DNA of 64,000 nt from assembly GCA_965248755.1 (NCBI GenBank), contig OZ252149.1:832001-896000 (forward strand). Reading direction: 5' to 3'. Of the stretch, positions 22,071-34,262 are shown one piece after another. Source of the DNA: Candidatus Latescibacterota bacterium (GTDB taxonomy: Bacteria; Latescibacterota; CBDEFO01). Numbering within the stretch: position 1 is the stretch's first letter; each line of letters starts with the position of its first letter. The notes beneath the pieces are model-generated. The model was given only the letters and a program-made list of their open reading frames with translations. It had not been told where the DNA came from and made no database searches. The position numbers and the translations under genes were made by a program.

Positions 22071-23696
22071 CCCCCATTCGCCATATTAGACCCGAAAAAT
22101 GGTTGTCAAAGTCGCCAGAACATGTTATATTACAATAAATAAGACTCATAAATGGCGGATAAATATTGATCATCCAGAGGGTGAAAGAATCAAAGTAGGT
22201 TTTGATGGAGGAATAAAGCTTGAATTTCATGGTGCAAAGGTGACATCAAACGGTGGACTTCTTGCGTATCGTGACCTTGATTACGCACTGGGATTATTTG
22301 ATTCGGTATCAGCGGTTTTTACCGATAAACGCACAGGCCGTAATATCCAACATGATATATCTACTCTCCTGCGTCAATCGATATACAGCCGTCTTGCAGG
22401 ATATGAAGATGTAAATGACGCCGAGCGATTATCCGTTGATCCCGTCATGCGAGCGATTACCGGAAAGAAGGACAAAGGCAGGCAAGCTGCCAGCTCCAAC
22501 ACGATAGGACGTTTTGAAACTGATATACTGACTCAGCATGACAATCTCAGAAACTTGTCAGATATCAATGGCAAGTGGGTTCAAAAAGCGATGAGTAAAA
22601 CACAGCATCAACGAATCATTCTGGACATGGACAGTTCGGAGAGTCCGGTACATGGCCAGCAGGAAGGATCAGCTTACAACGGTCATTTCGGATGTACCTG
22701 TTTTCATCCAGTGTTCTGCTTCAATCAGTTCGGGGATTGTGAAGGAGTCCTACTTCGCTCTGGTAATGTTCACAGTGCTGATCGTTGGAAGGAAGTTCTG
22801 GAACCGATCGTCAAGAGATACGAGAGCAAGAAGAATAGGAAATACTTTCGAGGCGATGCTGCATTCGCAAAGCCTGAGATTTATGATTATCTGGAGGGAA
22901 ACGGCTATTTGTATGCCATTCGGCTTCCCGCAAATGAGATACTCTATGAAAAGATACGATACCTGCTGACTCGGCCAGTTGGACGACCGCCGAGGAAACC
23001 GATTGTATCGTTATATGAATTTCAATATAAAGCGGCCAGTTGGGATCAATCGAGGCGAGTGGTCGCCAAGGTTGAATGGCACCAAGGGGAGTTATTCCCA
23101 AGAGTGGGATTTATCGTGACCAACATGAGCGCCAAGCCAGAAGGCGTGGTACACTTCTACAATGGCCGTGGCAGAGCTGAGCAGTGGATTAAGGAGGGCA
23201 AGTATGCTCTGAACTGGACCCGACTCTCATGCAAGCGTTTCGTCTCCAATCAGGTGAGGCTCTGGCTGTTTGTTCTGGCTTACAACTTGGGCAACTTCCT
23301 GCGACGTTTTGTTCTTCCGAAGAAAATCAAACACTGGTCACTACGCAGCCTCCTCGTGAAATTTATCAAAATCGGAGCGAAGATTGTCAGACACAGCGGA
23401 TATATTACGTTTCAAATGGCTGAGGTTGGGATAGACAAGAGGTTATTTGCCGAAATATTATCCCGGATTGAACGATTGCGATGTTATTCTGTTTAAACTG
23501 CCACATTTTTTTGTGAGTCGATGGAGAGGTGTCTCTAATTGGAGGATTTAAACACAAAGAAAGTGATAATTCAGAGGAAAATACTATTTTAATTGAAAAA
23601 AGTACTTGTTGAAAAATGTAAAAGTGGTAATATTAATTCAGAAACAAGAATGTATCGAAATATAATCCCTCATGAATGTGATATGGGGAATGTCGG
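22071..23696 (+). mobile_element. IS1380-family element, copy 2, with 5-bp TSD TGTAC
   Basis: Near-identical to copy 1 (ATG>ATC change at ~22191); TGTAC at 22066-22070 and 23697-23701. Confidence 0.96.
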
Positions 23697-26600
23697 TGTA
23701 CCTCCCAATTGTGTGCCTGAATCAGGATCAATAGATGTCATAACAGGGGGAATCCCAACAAACTCAAATCCATTAGATAGTGTGTCTGAAAGACTATTGG
23801 GATTTGTAACTATCACTTCGACAGTGCCAGCAAGATAAGCAGGAGTTACAGTAGTAATGGTATCAGAAGATACTACGACTATATCTGTGGCTGAGCTATC
23901 TCCGAAAGTAACGGTTAATCCATTTTGGAAATTGCCCCCTACTATCGTCACAGATGTACCGCCTAATTCTGTACCAGAAGAAGGAATAATAAATGTCACA
24001 TCAGGATGAGAAATAAATGTAAATCCACTGGATAGTGTGTCGGAAAGACCATTGGGATTTGTGACTATCACATCCACCGTGCCAGCAGGATAAGCAGGTG
24101 ATGTAGCAGTGATGTTATCAGAAGATACTACGACTATATCTGTAGCTGTGCTATCTCCAAAAGTAACGGTTAATCCACTTTGGAAATTGCCCCCTACTAT
24201 CGTCACAGATGTACCTCCCAGTTGTGTGCCTGAATCAGGATCAATAGATGTCATAACAGGGGGAATCCCAATAAACTCAAATCCATTAGATAGTGTGTCT
24301 GAAAGACCGTTGCGATTTGTAACTATCACTTCAACAGTGCCAGCAGGATATGAGGAAGTCTTAGCGGTGATGATGGTGGAGGATACTACGACTATATCTG
24401 TGGCTGAGCTATCCCCAAAAGTAACGGTTAATCCACTTTGGAAATTGTCCCCTACTATCGTCACAGATGTACCACCTAATTCTGTACCAGAAGAAGGAAT
24501 AATAAATGTCACATCAGGATGAGAAAGAAATGTAAATCCACTAGATAGTGTGTCTGATAGACCATTGGGATTTGTGACTATCACGTCCATAGTTCCGATA
24601 GGATGAGCAGGAGTTGTCGCCGTAATTATGCTATCTGACAATACGAATACATCTGTGGCCGCACTATCTCCAAAAGTAACGGTTAATCCACTTTGGAAAT
24701 TGCCCCCTACTATCGTCACAGATGTACCTCCTAATTGTGTTCCTGAATCAGGATCAATAGATGTCATAACAGGGGGAATCCCAACAAACTCAAATCCATT
24801 AGATAGTGTTTCTGAAAGACCATTGGGATTTGTAACTATCACATCCACCGTGCCGGCAAGATGAGCAGGAGTTACAGTAGTAATGGTATCAGAAGATACT
24901 ACGACTATATCTGTAGCTGTGCTATCTCCGAAAGTAACGGTTAACCCACTTTGGAAATTGCCCCCTACTATCGTCACAGATGTCCCGCCTAATTCTGTAC
25001 CAGAAGAAGGAATAATAAATGTCACATCAGGATGAGAAATAAATGTAAATCCACTGGATAGTGTGTCTGAAAGACCATTGGGATTTGTGACTATCACATC
25101 CACCGTGCCAGCAGGATAAGCAGGTGATGTAGCAGTGATGTTATCAGAAGATACTACGACTATATCTGTAGCTGTGCTATCTCCAAAAGTAACGGTTAAT
25201 CCACTTTGGAAATTGCCCCCTACTATCGTCACAGATGTACCTCCCAGTTGTGTGCCTGAATCAGGATCAATAGACGTCATAACAGGGGGAATCCCAATAA
25301 ACTCAAATCCATTAGATAGTGTGTCTGAAAGACCGTTGGGATTTGTAACTATAACATCCACTGTGCCAGCAGGATATGAGGAAGTCTTAGCGGTGATGAT
25401 GGTGGAGGATACTACGACTATATCTGTGGCTGAGCTATCCCCAAAAGTAACCGTTAATCCACTTTGGAAATTGTCCCCTACTATCGTCACAGATGTACCA
25501 CCTAATTCTGTACCAGAAGAAGGAATAATAAATGTCACATCAGGATGAGAAAGAAATGTAAATCCACTAGATAGTGTGTCTGATAGACCATTGGGATTTG
25601 TGACTATCGCGTCCATAGTTCCGATAGGATGAGCAGGAGTTGTCGCCGTAATTATGCTATCTGACAATACGAATACATCTGTGGCCGCACTATCTCCAAA
25701 AGTAACGGTTAATCCACTTTGGAAATTGCCCCCTACTATCGTCACAGATGTACCTCCCAATTGTGTTCCTGAATCAGGATCAATAGATGTCCTAACAGGG
25801 GAAATCCCAACAAACTCAAATCCATTAGATAGTGTTTCTGAAAGACCATTGGGATTTGTAACTATCACATCCACCGTGCCGGCAAGATGAGCAGGAGTTA
25901 CAGTAGTAATGGTATCAGAAGATACTACGACTATATCTGTTGTTGTGCTATCTCCGAAAGTAACGGTTAATCCACTTTGGAAATTGCCCCCTACTATCGT
26001 GACAGATGTCCCGCCTAATTCTGTACCAGAAGAAGGATTAATAAATGTCACATCAGGATGAGAAATAAATGTAAATCCACTGGATAGTGTGTCTGAAAGA
26101 CCATTGGGATTTGTGACTATCACATCCACCGTGCCAGCAGGATAAGCAGGTGATGTAGCAGTGATGTTATCAGAAGATACTACGACTATATCTGTAGCTG
26201 TGCTATCTCCAAAAGTAACGGTTAATCCACTTTGGAAACTACTTCCTACTATCGTCACAGATGTACCTCCCAGTTGTGTGCCTGAATCAGGATCAATAGA
26301 CGTCATAACAGGGGGAATCCCAACAAACTCAAATCCATTAGATAGTGTGTCTGAAAGACCATTGGGATTTGTAACTATCACTTCAACAGTGCCAGCAGGA
26401 TATGAGGAAGTCTTAGCGGTGATGATGGTGGAGGATACTACGACTATATCTGTAGCTGAGCTATCCCCGAAAGTAACCGTTAATCCACTTTGGAAATTGT
26501 CCCCTACTATCGTCACAGATGTACCGCCTAATTCTGTACCAGAAGAAGGATTAATAAATGTCACATCAGGATGAGAAAGAAAAGTAAATCCACTAGATAG

Positions 26601-27034
26601 TGTGTCTGAAAGACCATTGGGATTTGTAACTATCACATCCACCGTGCCAGCAGGATAAGCAGGTGATGTAGCAGTGATGTTATCAGAAGATACTACGACT
26701 ATATCTGTAGCTGTGCTATCTCCAAAAGTAACTGTTAATCCACTTTGGAAACTACTCCCTACTATCGTCACAGACGTACCGCCTAATTGTGTTCCCAAAA
26801 CAGGATCAATAGATGTTATAGCAGGATGAGAAAGAAAAGTAAATCCACTAGATAATGTATCTGAAAGACCATTGAGATTTGTAACTATCACATCCACCGT
26901 TCCAGCAGGATGACCAGGAGTTACAGTAGTAATGGTATCAGAAGATACTACGACTATATCTGTGGCTGAGCTATCCCCGAAAGTAACGGTTAATCCACTT
27001 TGGAAATTGCCCCCTACTATCGTGACAGATGTCC
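23697..27034 (-). pseudogene. IPT/TIG-repeat protein, inverted fragment 2 (~13 domains)
   Basis: Open frame of ~85-aa IPT repeats with a 1026-bp higher-order period. Confidence 0.9.
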
Positions 27035-27441
27035 TGTACTGCTTCCCAGGAAAGCGACACCAATTAAGCAACCTGGGGTAGTAGATAAAATTGTTTTCTC
27101 CACTCTTTTGGGGTCTTGTACTGCCCCCCTGGAAAGCGACACCGATTAAGCAACTTGGGGTAGCAGATATTATTGTTTTCTCCATTCTTGCAGGGTCTTG
27201 TATCCCAGGGATGAATGAAGACGGTTCTTGTCGTAATTATCGATCCACTGAGATATGATCTTCTCAGCTTGCTCAAAGGATTCGAAGCTGTGAAGTCAAA
27301 CACACTCTTGCTTGAGGGTCCTGAAAAAACGCTCTACAACACCGTTCCAATCGGCCTTTCCGCTCGGAACATATTCTTGACAAACCCCTAATATTCGGTA
27401 CTTACCAAATAGGATCTAGAAAGAAAGATCGAACCGTTGTC
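27035..27441 (-). mobile_element. Two stacked IS3 right-end fragments (variant A 27035..27116; diverged variant C 27117..~27441)
   Basis: TGTACTGCTTCCCAGG start, then a second TGTACTGCCCCCCTGG start with degenerate orfB 3' end. Confidence 0.85.
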
Positions 27442-27595
27442 CAGCGCTAGCCGTCTTCTGCTCTGGCGCTGACATCTTGCCCTTCGCGAACCCCGATTTA
27501 CAGAATATCTGTCGTTCTGTGAAGGGGAACGGTATGATATGGCAACCACCCATCTTCGATTATCGCACCTATCTTCGATTATAAATAGCCTTCTT

Positions 27596-28861
27596 TGTAC
27601 TGCTTCCCAGGAAAGCGACACCAATTAAGCAACCTGGGGTAGTAGATAAAATTGTTTTCTCCACTCTTTTGGGGTCTTATATCCCAGGGATGAATGAAGC
27701 CTGTTCTTGTTGTAATTATCGATCCACTGAGATATGATCTTCTCAGCCTGTTCAAAGGATTCAAACTTGTGAAGCCAAACACACTCTTGCTTGAGGGTCC
27801 TGAAAAAACGCTCTACAACACCGTTCCAATCGGGTTTACCACTTGGTATGTATTCCTGACGAATTCCCCAATATTCGGTACTGGCCAAATAGGCCCGAGC
27901 CAAAAAGATGGAACCATTGTCAGAGCGCAAAGTGAGACCCTGGGGGACAGCCTCCTTGGAAGTGTATCGAGAGATCACGGCCCGATCCAGGGCATCTGTG
28001 GCCTCCAGTGCCCTCCCTTTTCGACTAAAACGATACCCAGGAACCTCCCGGCTTCCGTTGTCCACCACCGCAATAAGAGGACACCAACCATCTTTTCCAC
28101 AGTAAATCTTTGTCAAGTCACTCGACCACAAACTGTCGGGACTATCCACCACAGAACGCTTCTGGGCAACCTGTGGCCCCTTTCTCCCGGGACGATTCCA
28201 CAGCTTACACTGCCACCCCTTAAGCTTCATTATCCTATGAACCTTCTTAACGTTGACACATTCCCCTTCCTTGAAACGAAGATGCGCCCAAACCCGCCTG
28301 TGACCAAATGCCTCTTCTTGGTCCAGTATCCCTCGAATACGAAAAGCAAGCTCCTCATCTATCACAGGCTCTTTAACAGAAGAACTGACACCTCTATCCC
28401 TAAACCTATACAGAGTCGAACGATGCAAACCCAAAGCCAAAGCTACCACCTTGCGGGAATAGCCTCGACCCAAAAACCGCCCACTCAAGGCAACCGCTTC
28501 GTTTTTTTTAGACGGGCTACCTCTTCGAGTATCTCCAACTGGAGCGTCAACTGCCCTACCTTGCGCTCCAACCGGCTAACCTCTCGCTCCTTCGGATCCT
28601 TGCGACCACGCCGAGACTTCAGACTCTCCTGGCCCCCTTCTAAGAAACTATCACGCCAAGCATACGCCTGCGACTGGCTAATTCCATTCTTACGACACAC
28701 CTCAGATAGATCTGCTCCTCTCAAAAGAGCCAACACAATCTCTCCCTTACGGGTCGCCGTCCAGCGCTTACCATCTTTCACTTCGGGGCTCGACACCTTG
28801 ACCTCCCTTCTCAAACCCCAATTTGCGAAATATTTGTCGCTCTGTCAAGGGGAGCGGTATG
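27596..28861 (-). mobile_element. IS3-family variant A, copy 2, 4-bp TSD TCTT
   Basis: Same ORF translations as copy 1; TCTT on both sides. Confidence 0.95.
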
Positions 28862-30445
28862 TCTTGTTTCAGTTATTACTACCTGCTAACAATTCCTTAT
28901 TAACATCCCAACCACTTCTCTGCAGTGCTTCTTCTTGTCCGGTAATACTATCCTTATGAACCGCAATGCAAAGGAGACGAGATGGACGTGACATCCCTAC
29001 AAAAGCCATTTTTAGATTTTGAATTACTCTTTCTTTTGGCTTAGTATGCTCTCCCTTTATATAATTTATTATTCGCTTAATGTCATAGTCATAAAAGAAA
29101 GTTTCAAGGTAACATGTTGCCGTATGGGTTTCGCCTTTGACACCATGAATAGTTGAAACTTCTATGTCGATATCAGTTGTTCCAGAAGAATATTTGTAGA
29201 TGTTATTGCTCGAATGGGTTTCTTCATCATCCGCTTCCAAATCTGATGAATTTATAAAGATTGTAAGTTCAACATTCACCTGATAATTAAAAAACTCCTT
29301 AAATTCATTGGTTAGATAATGTTTTATTTCTTCAAAAACTTCTTCTTGCCTGTGTATCTTCAAACACCAATTGGCGAGCCTTACCCTAAAATCCTGGTAA
29401 AAATCCGAGTTTTTTTCTGATATATATTTATGCAGTTTTTTCTCTGTGAATGCCCTTCCATCGTCAGTTACTCCTGCAATTCTTAAGCACTTTAAGAAAG
29501 CTTCCCCTAACCTCTTCTTGTAAAAATTAACTCCATTAGATGAAATAAAACTATCAGATTGTGGAGCTAAATAACTTTTTAGATTACTAAATTCAGTTTT
29601 TTTAACTTTTATTTCTTTGGAGTAGCCGTCCCAATAACTTGGTATAGTTCTTTTTGTGTCATGCGGTTTTCCACGCCATCCAACTGCTTTAAATACCCTT
29701 TTCTCATTCTGATGTAGATTATTTCTGATAATTATTTCACCGAATTTATCTAATACCTGCTGAATAGTATAATCATCATAAACAATGATAACAGGAGTAA
29801 TTTCATTTTGCCTGCCATTTCCCGTTATTGTCTGCCGGAAAACACAAAGTTTTTCAACCTTGCTTGCTATAGCGTTAGAAAATCTTTTACTACCTGTAAT
29901 ACACATAGTTCTGTCGTCAATTACTGCCCAACCGCATTCCAAGTTAGGGTCATAGTCAAATATTGATTGATTTAAATCACCTATTTTTTGAATAACAACA
30001 TTATCATTGAATATTTTATTCATCAGTTCGGACTGTATTGTACTTGAATCCTGCATTTCATCTATGAAAACATAGGCAAATCTTTTTGCAAATACGTTTT
30101 TCAAATTAGGGTGCTTTTCAATGTGTCTTTCTGCTATATAATATGCATCATCATAGCTTAGTATTCCATCCAAAAGTATCCGTTCTTTTAGTCTTAGCAA
30201 TCTATCATAGTGTGCTCTTTGAGTTGTATCATTTGAATCTAATTTAAGTCTTTTACATATACCATTATCATCCAGGGAAAAATCTTCAAATCTAAGTGAA
30301 TAAGGCAAATCTTTATGACCGCTCTGATAGCAAAATGCATTTGTTTTTCTACCTAAATATTTTCTCGTTCTTTCCATCCTATCAAGATAAATTTCGTTGT
30401 TTATGAATAATGGTCTTCGGTTGAACTGATTGATATACGTCGGTA

Positions 30446-31733
30446 TGTACTGCCCCCCAGAAAAGCGACATCAATTAAGCAACTTGGGGTAGCAGATAAA
30501 ATTGTTTTCTCCACTCTTCCGGGGTCTTGTATCCCAGGGATGAATGAAGCCTGTTCTTGTTGTAATTATCGATCCACTGAGATATGATCTTCTCAGCTTG
30601 TTCAAAGGACTTGAAATTGTGAAGCCACACACACTCCTGCTTGAGGGTCCTGAAAAAACGTTCTATGACCCCGTTCCAATCGGCCTTTCCGCTCGGAATA
30701 TATTCTTGACGAATGTCCCAATATTCGGTACTTGCCAAATAGGTCCGAGACAAAAAGATGGAGCCGTTGTCAGAGCGCAAAGTGAGACCCTGGGGGACAG
30801 CCTCCTTAGGAAGTGTATCGAGAGATCACGGCCCGATCCAGGGCATCTGTGGCCTCCAGTGCCCTCCCTTTTCGACTAAAACGATACCCGGGGAACCTCC
30901 CGACTCCCGTTGTCCACCACCGCAATAAGAGGACACCAACCATCTTCCCCACAATAGATCTTGGTCAAGTCAGCCGACCAGAGACTGTCAGGACGATCCA
31001 TCACAGAACGCTTCTGGGCAACCTGTGGCCCCTTTCTCCCGGGGTCCCCGATTGATTCTATCGGGGATTCCACAGCTTACACTGCCACCCCTTAAGCTTC
31101 ATTATCCTATGAACCTTCTTGATGTTGACATATGCCCCTTCCTTGAAACGAAGATGCGCCCAAACCCGCCTGTGACCAAATGCCTCTTCTTGGTCGAGTA
31201 TCCCTCGAATACGAAAAGCAAGCTGTTCATCTATCACAGACTCTTCGACAGAAGAACTGACACCTCTATACCTAAGCCTACACAGAGTCGAACGATGCAA
31301 ACCCAAAGCCAAAGCTACCACCTTCCGGGAATAGCCTCGACCCAAAAACCGCTCACTCAAGGCAACCGCTTCGTTTTTTTTAGACGGGCTACCTCCTCGA
31401 GTATCTCCAACTGGAGGGTTAAGTGCCCTACCTTACGCTCCAACCGGCTGACCTCCCGCTCCTTCGCATCCTTGCGACCACGCCGAGACTTCAGACTCTC
31501 CTGGCCTCCTTCCAAGAAACTATCACGCCAAGCATACGCCTGTGACTGGCTAATTCCATTCTTCCAACACACCTCTGATACATTCGCTCCTTTCAAAACA
31601 GCCAACACCACCTCTACCTTACGGGTCGCCGTCCAGCGCTTACCATCTTTCACTTCGGGGCTTGACACCTTGACCTCCTTTCTCAAACCCCAATTTGCAA
31701 AATATTTGTCGCCCTGTCAAGGGGAGCGGTATG
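30446..31733 (-). mobile_element. IS3-family variant B (1288 bp, orfB broken), 4-bp TSD GGTA
   Basis: Diverged from A; orfB split by a net +20 palindromic insert and two +1 indels; GGTA on both sides. Confidence 0.93.
31045..31067. repeat. Short palindromic element copy inside IS3-B orfB
   Basis: TCCCCGATTGATTCTATCGGGGA, absent from variant A. Confidence 0.9.
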
Positions 31734-32055
31734 GGTATCGCAAGATATTTATCCACGAAACTTTGAATTGTCCCAAAATGATTTGGGTAATTAGAGAGCT
31801 TTTTAGAAGCAAAGTAAGCGTGGCTTTTTATTTCATTTATAGCCACATTTGTGTGAGTTAATACGCAAATACCCCTATTATTTTCAAGAGGCATTTGCCG
31901 GGACAAAATCAACAACTTGGCAATCAAAGCCTTTGTTTTACCACTACCCGGGCAGGCAAGAATATCTTTGGTTTCAAAACATTTTATTACTACCTTTTGT
32001 TCTTTATCGAAGTGCTCACCGGGCGGTAAAAGAATTCTTTCTGCCCAAGAAATAT

Positions 32056-33321
32056 TGTACTGCTTCCCAGGAAAGCGACACCAATTAAGCAACCTGGGGT
32101 AGTAGATAAAATTGTTTTCTCCACTCTTTTGGGGTCTTATATCCCAGGGATGAATGAAGCCTGTTCTTGTTGTAATTATCGATCCACTGAGATATGATCT
32201 TCTCAGCCTGTTCAAAGGATTCAAACTTGTGAAGCCAAACACACTCTTGCTTGAGGGTCCTGAAAAAACGCTCTACAACACCGTTCCAATCGGGTTTACC
32301 ACTTGGTATGTATTCCTGACGAATTCCCCAATATTCGGTACTGGCCAAATAGGCCCGAGCCAAAAAGATGGAACCATTGTCAGAGCGCAAAGTGAGACCC
32401 TGGGGGACAGCCTCCTTGGAAGTGTATCGAGAGATCACGGCCCGATCCAGGGCATCTGTGGCCTCCAGTGCCCTCCCTTTTCGACTAAAACGATACCCAG
32501 GAACCTCCCGGCTTCCGTTGTCCACCACCGCAATAAGAGGACACCAACCATCTTTTCCACAGTAAATCTTTGTCAAGTCACTCGACCACAAACTGTCGGG
32601 ACTATCCACCACAGAACGCTTCTGGGCAACCTGTGGCCCCTTTCTCCCGGGACGATTCCACAGCTTACACTGCCACCCCTTAAGCTTCATTATCCTATGA
32701 ACCTTCTTAACGTTGACACATTCCCCTTCCTTGAAACGAAGATGCGCCCAAACCCGCCTGTGACCAAATGCCTCTTCTTGGTCCAGTATCCCTCGAATAC
32801 GAAAAGCAAGCTCCTCATCTATCACAGGCTCTTTAACAGAAGAACTGACACCTCTATCCCTAAACCTATACAGAGTCGAACGATGCAAACCCAAAGCCAA
32901 AGCTACCACCTTGCGGGAATAGCCTCGACCCAAAAACCGCCCACTCAAGGCAACCGCTTCGTTTTTTTTAGACGGGCTACCTCTTCGAGTATCTCCAACT
33001 GGAGCGTCAACTGCCCTACCTTGCGCTCCAACCGGCTAACCTCTCGCTCCTTCGGATCCTTGCGACCACGCCGAGACTTCAGACTCTCCTGGCCCCCTTC
33101 TAAGAAACTATCACGCCAAGCATACGCCTGCGACTGGCTAATTCCATTCTTACGACACACCTCAGATAGATCTGCTCCTCTCAAAAGAGCCAACACAATC
33201 TCTCCCTTACGGGTCGCCGTCCAGCGCTTACCATCTTTCACTTCGGGGCTCGACACCTTGACCTCCCTTCTCAAACCCCAATTTGCGAAATATTTGTCGC
33301 TCTGTCAAGGGGAGCGGTATG
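32056..33321 (-). mobile_element. IS3-family variant A, copy 3 (no TSD)
   Basis: Same ORF translations as copy 1; flanks ATAT / TTCT. Confidence 0.95.
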
Positions 33322-34024
33322 TTCTCATCCTGATGTGACATTTATTAATCCTTCTTCTGGTACAGAATTAGGCGGTACATCTGTCACGTTAGTAGGGGAC
33401 AATTTCCAAAGTGGATTAACCGTTACTTTTGGGGATAGCTCAGCCACAGATATAGTCGTAGTATCCTCCACCATCATCACCGCTAAGACTTCCTCATATC
33501 CAGCTGGCACAGTGGATGTGATAGTTACAAATCCCAATGGTCTTTCAGACACACTATCTCATAGCTTTGAGTTTATTGGGATTCCCCCTGTTATGACATC
33601 TATTGATCCTAATACAGGCACACAATTGGGAGGTACATCTGTGACGATAGTAGGCAGTAGTTTCCAAAGTGGATTAACCGTTACTTTTGGAGATAGCACA
33701 GCTACAGATATGTTCGTAGAATCTTCTGATACTATTACTGCTGCATCGCCTGCTTATCCTGCTGGCACGGTGGATGTGATAGTTACAAATCCCAATGGTC
33801 TTTCAGACACACTATCTAGTGGATTTACTTTCGTTAGCGTCCCTGACATTGTAGGAGATTTTGACGGGGACAAGGAAGTAGGCCTTTCAGATTTTGTCCT
33901 TTTTCTGGATGTGTTCGGGGCGACAACCACTCCAGCTAATTCTATATTTGATTTAAACGGTAACGGAGAAATCGGTCTATCTGACTTTGTGATCTTTCTG
34001 GATAACTTCGGTAGTTCAGGTTAG
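33322..34024 (+). pseudogene. IPT/TIG-repeat protein, C-terminal fragment 4 (2 IPT domains plus dockerin/EF-hand-like domain)
   Basis: IPT repeats then duplicated Ca-binding loops GDFDGDKEVGLSDF / DLNGNGEIGLSDF. Confidence 0.88.
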
Positions 34025-34204
34025 TTTTACGATCAGAGACACATGGATTTGTGAAGACACGGAAGCTGATATTGATGAAATAGGCTCTTCCCATCGTGTC
34101 AGAGGGAGAATGTCTGACCCACCAAGTGATAGGGTGCAAGGTTAAAGTCAACAGCGACCGCAATGGGCGTAAAGAGTCCGTCACGGTCGCTGTTTCTATT
34201 TCAA

Positions 34205-34246
34205 TCCCCGACCTCCAATTGAATCTATTGGGGGTTCAATCGGGGA
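34205..34246. repeat. Nested pair of short palindromic elements
   Basis: TCCCCGA[CCTCCAATTGAATCTATTGGGGG]TTCAATCGGGGA. Confidence 0.8.
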
Positions 34247-34262
34247 TCAATCCGGATAATTT

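Larger units (their letters stand above)
28869..32055 (-). pseudogene. UvrD/Rep SF1 helicase, GajB-like, split by IS3-B and 5'-clipped by IS3-A
   Basis: Joining 31738..32055 with 28869..30445 gives ~630 aa: ACPGSGKT, VLTHTNVA, FIDEMQD, STIHGVKGETH, FVGMSRP; AT-rich relative to the surroundings. Confidence 0.85.

Noticed and set aside
21342..27034. Programmed invertase shufflon or diversity-generating retroelement acting on IPT repeats
   Set aside because: No recombinase or reverse transcriptase in the window; breakpoints coincide with IS ends and re-inversion alone would not restore the gene
27596..33321. Simple composite transposon of two IS3-A copies carrying the helicase
   Set aside because: The left copy has its own TCTT TSD, so it inserted independently; the outer flanks do not match
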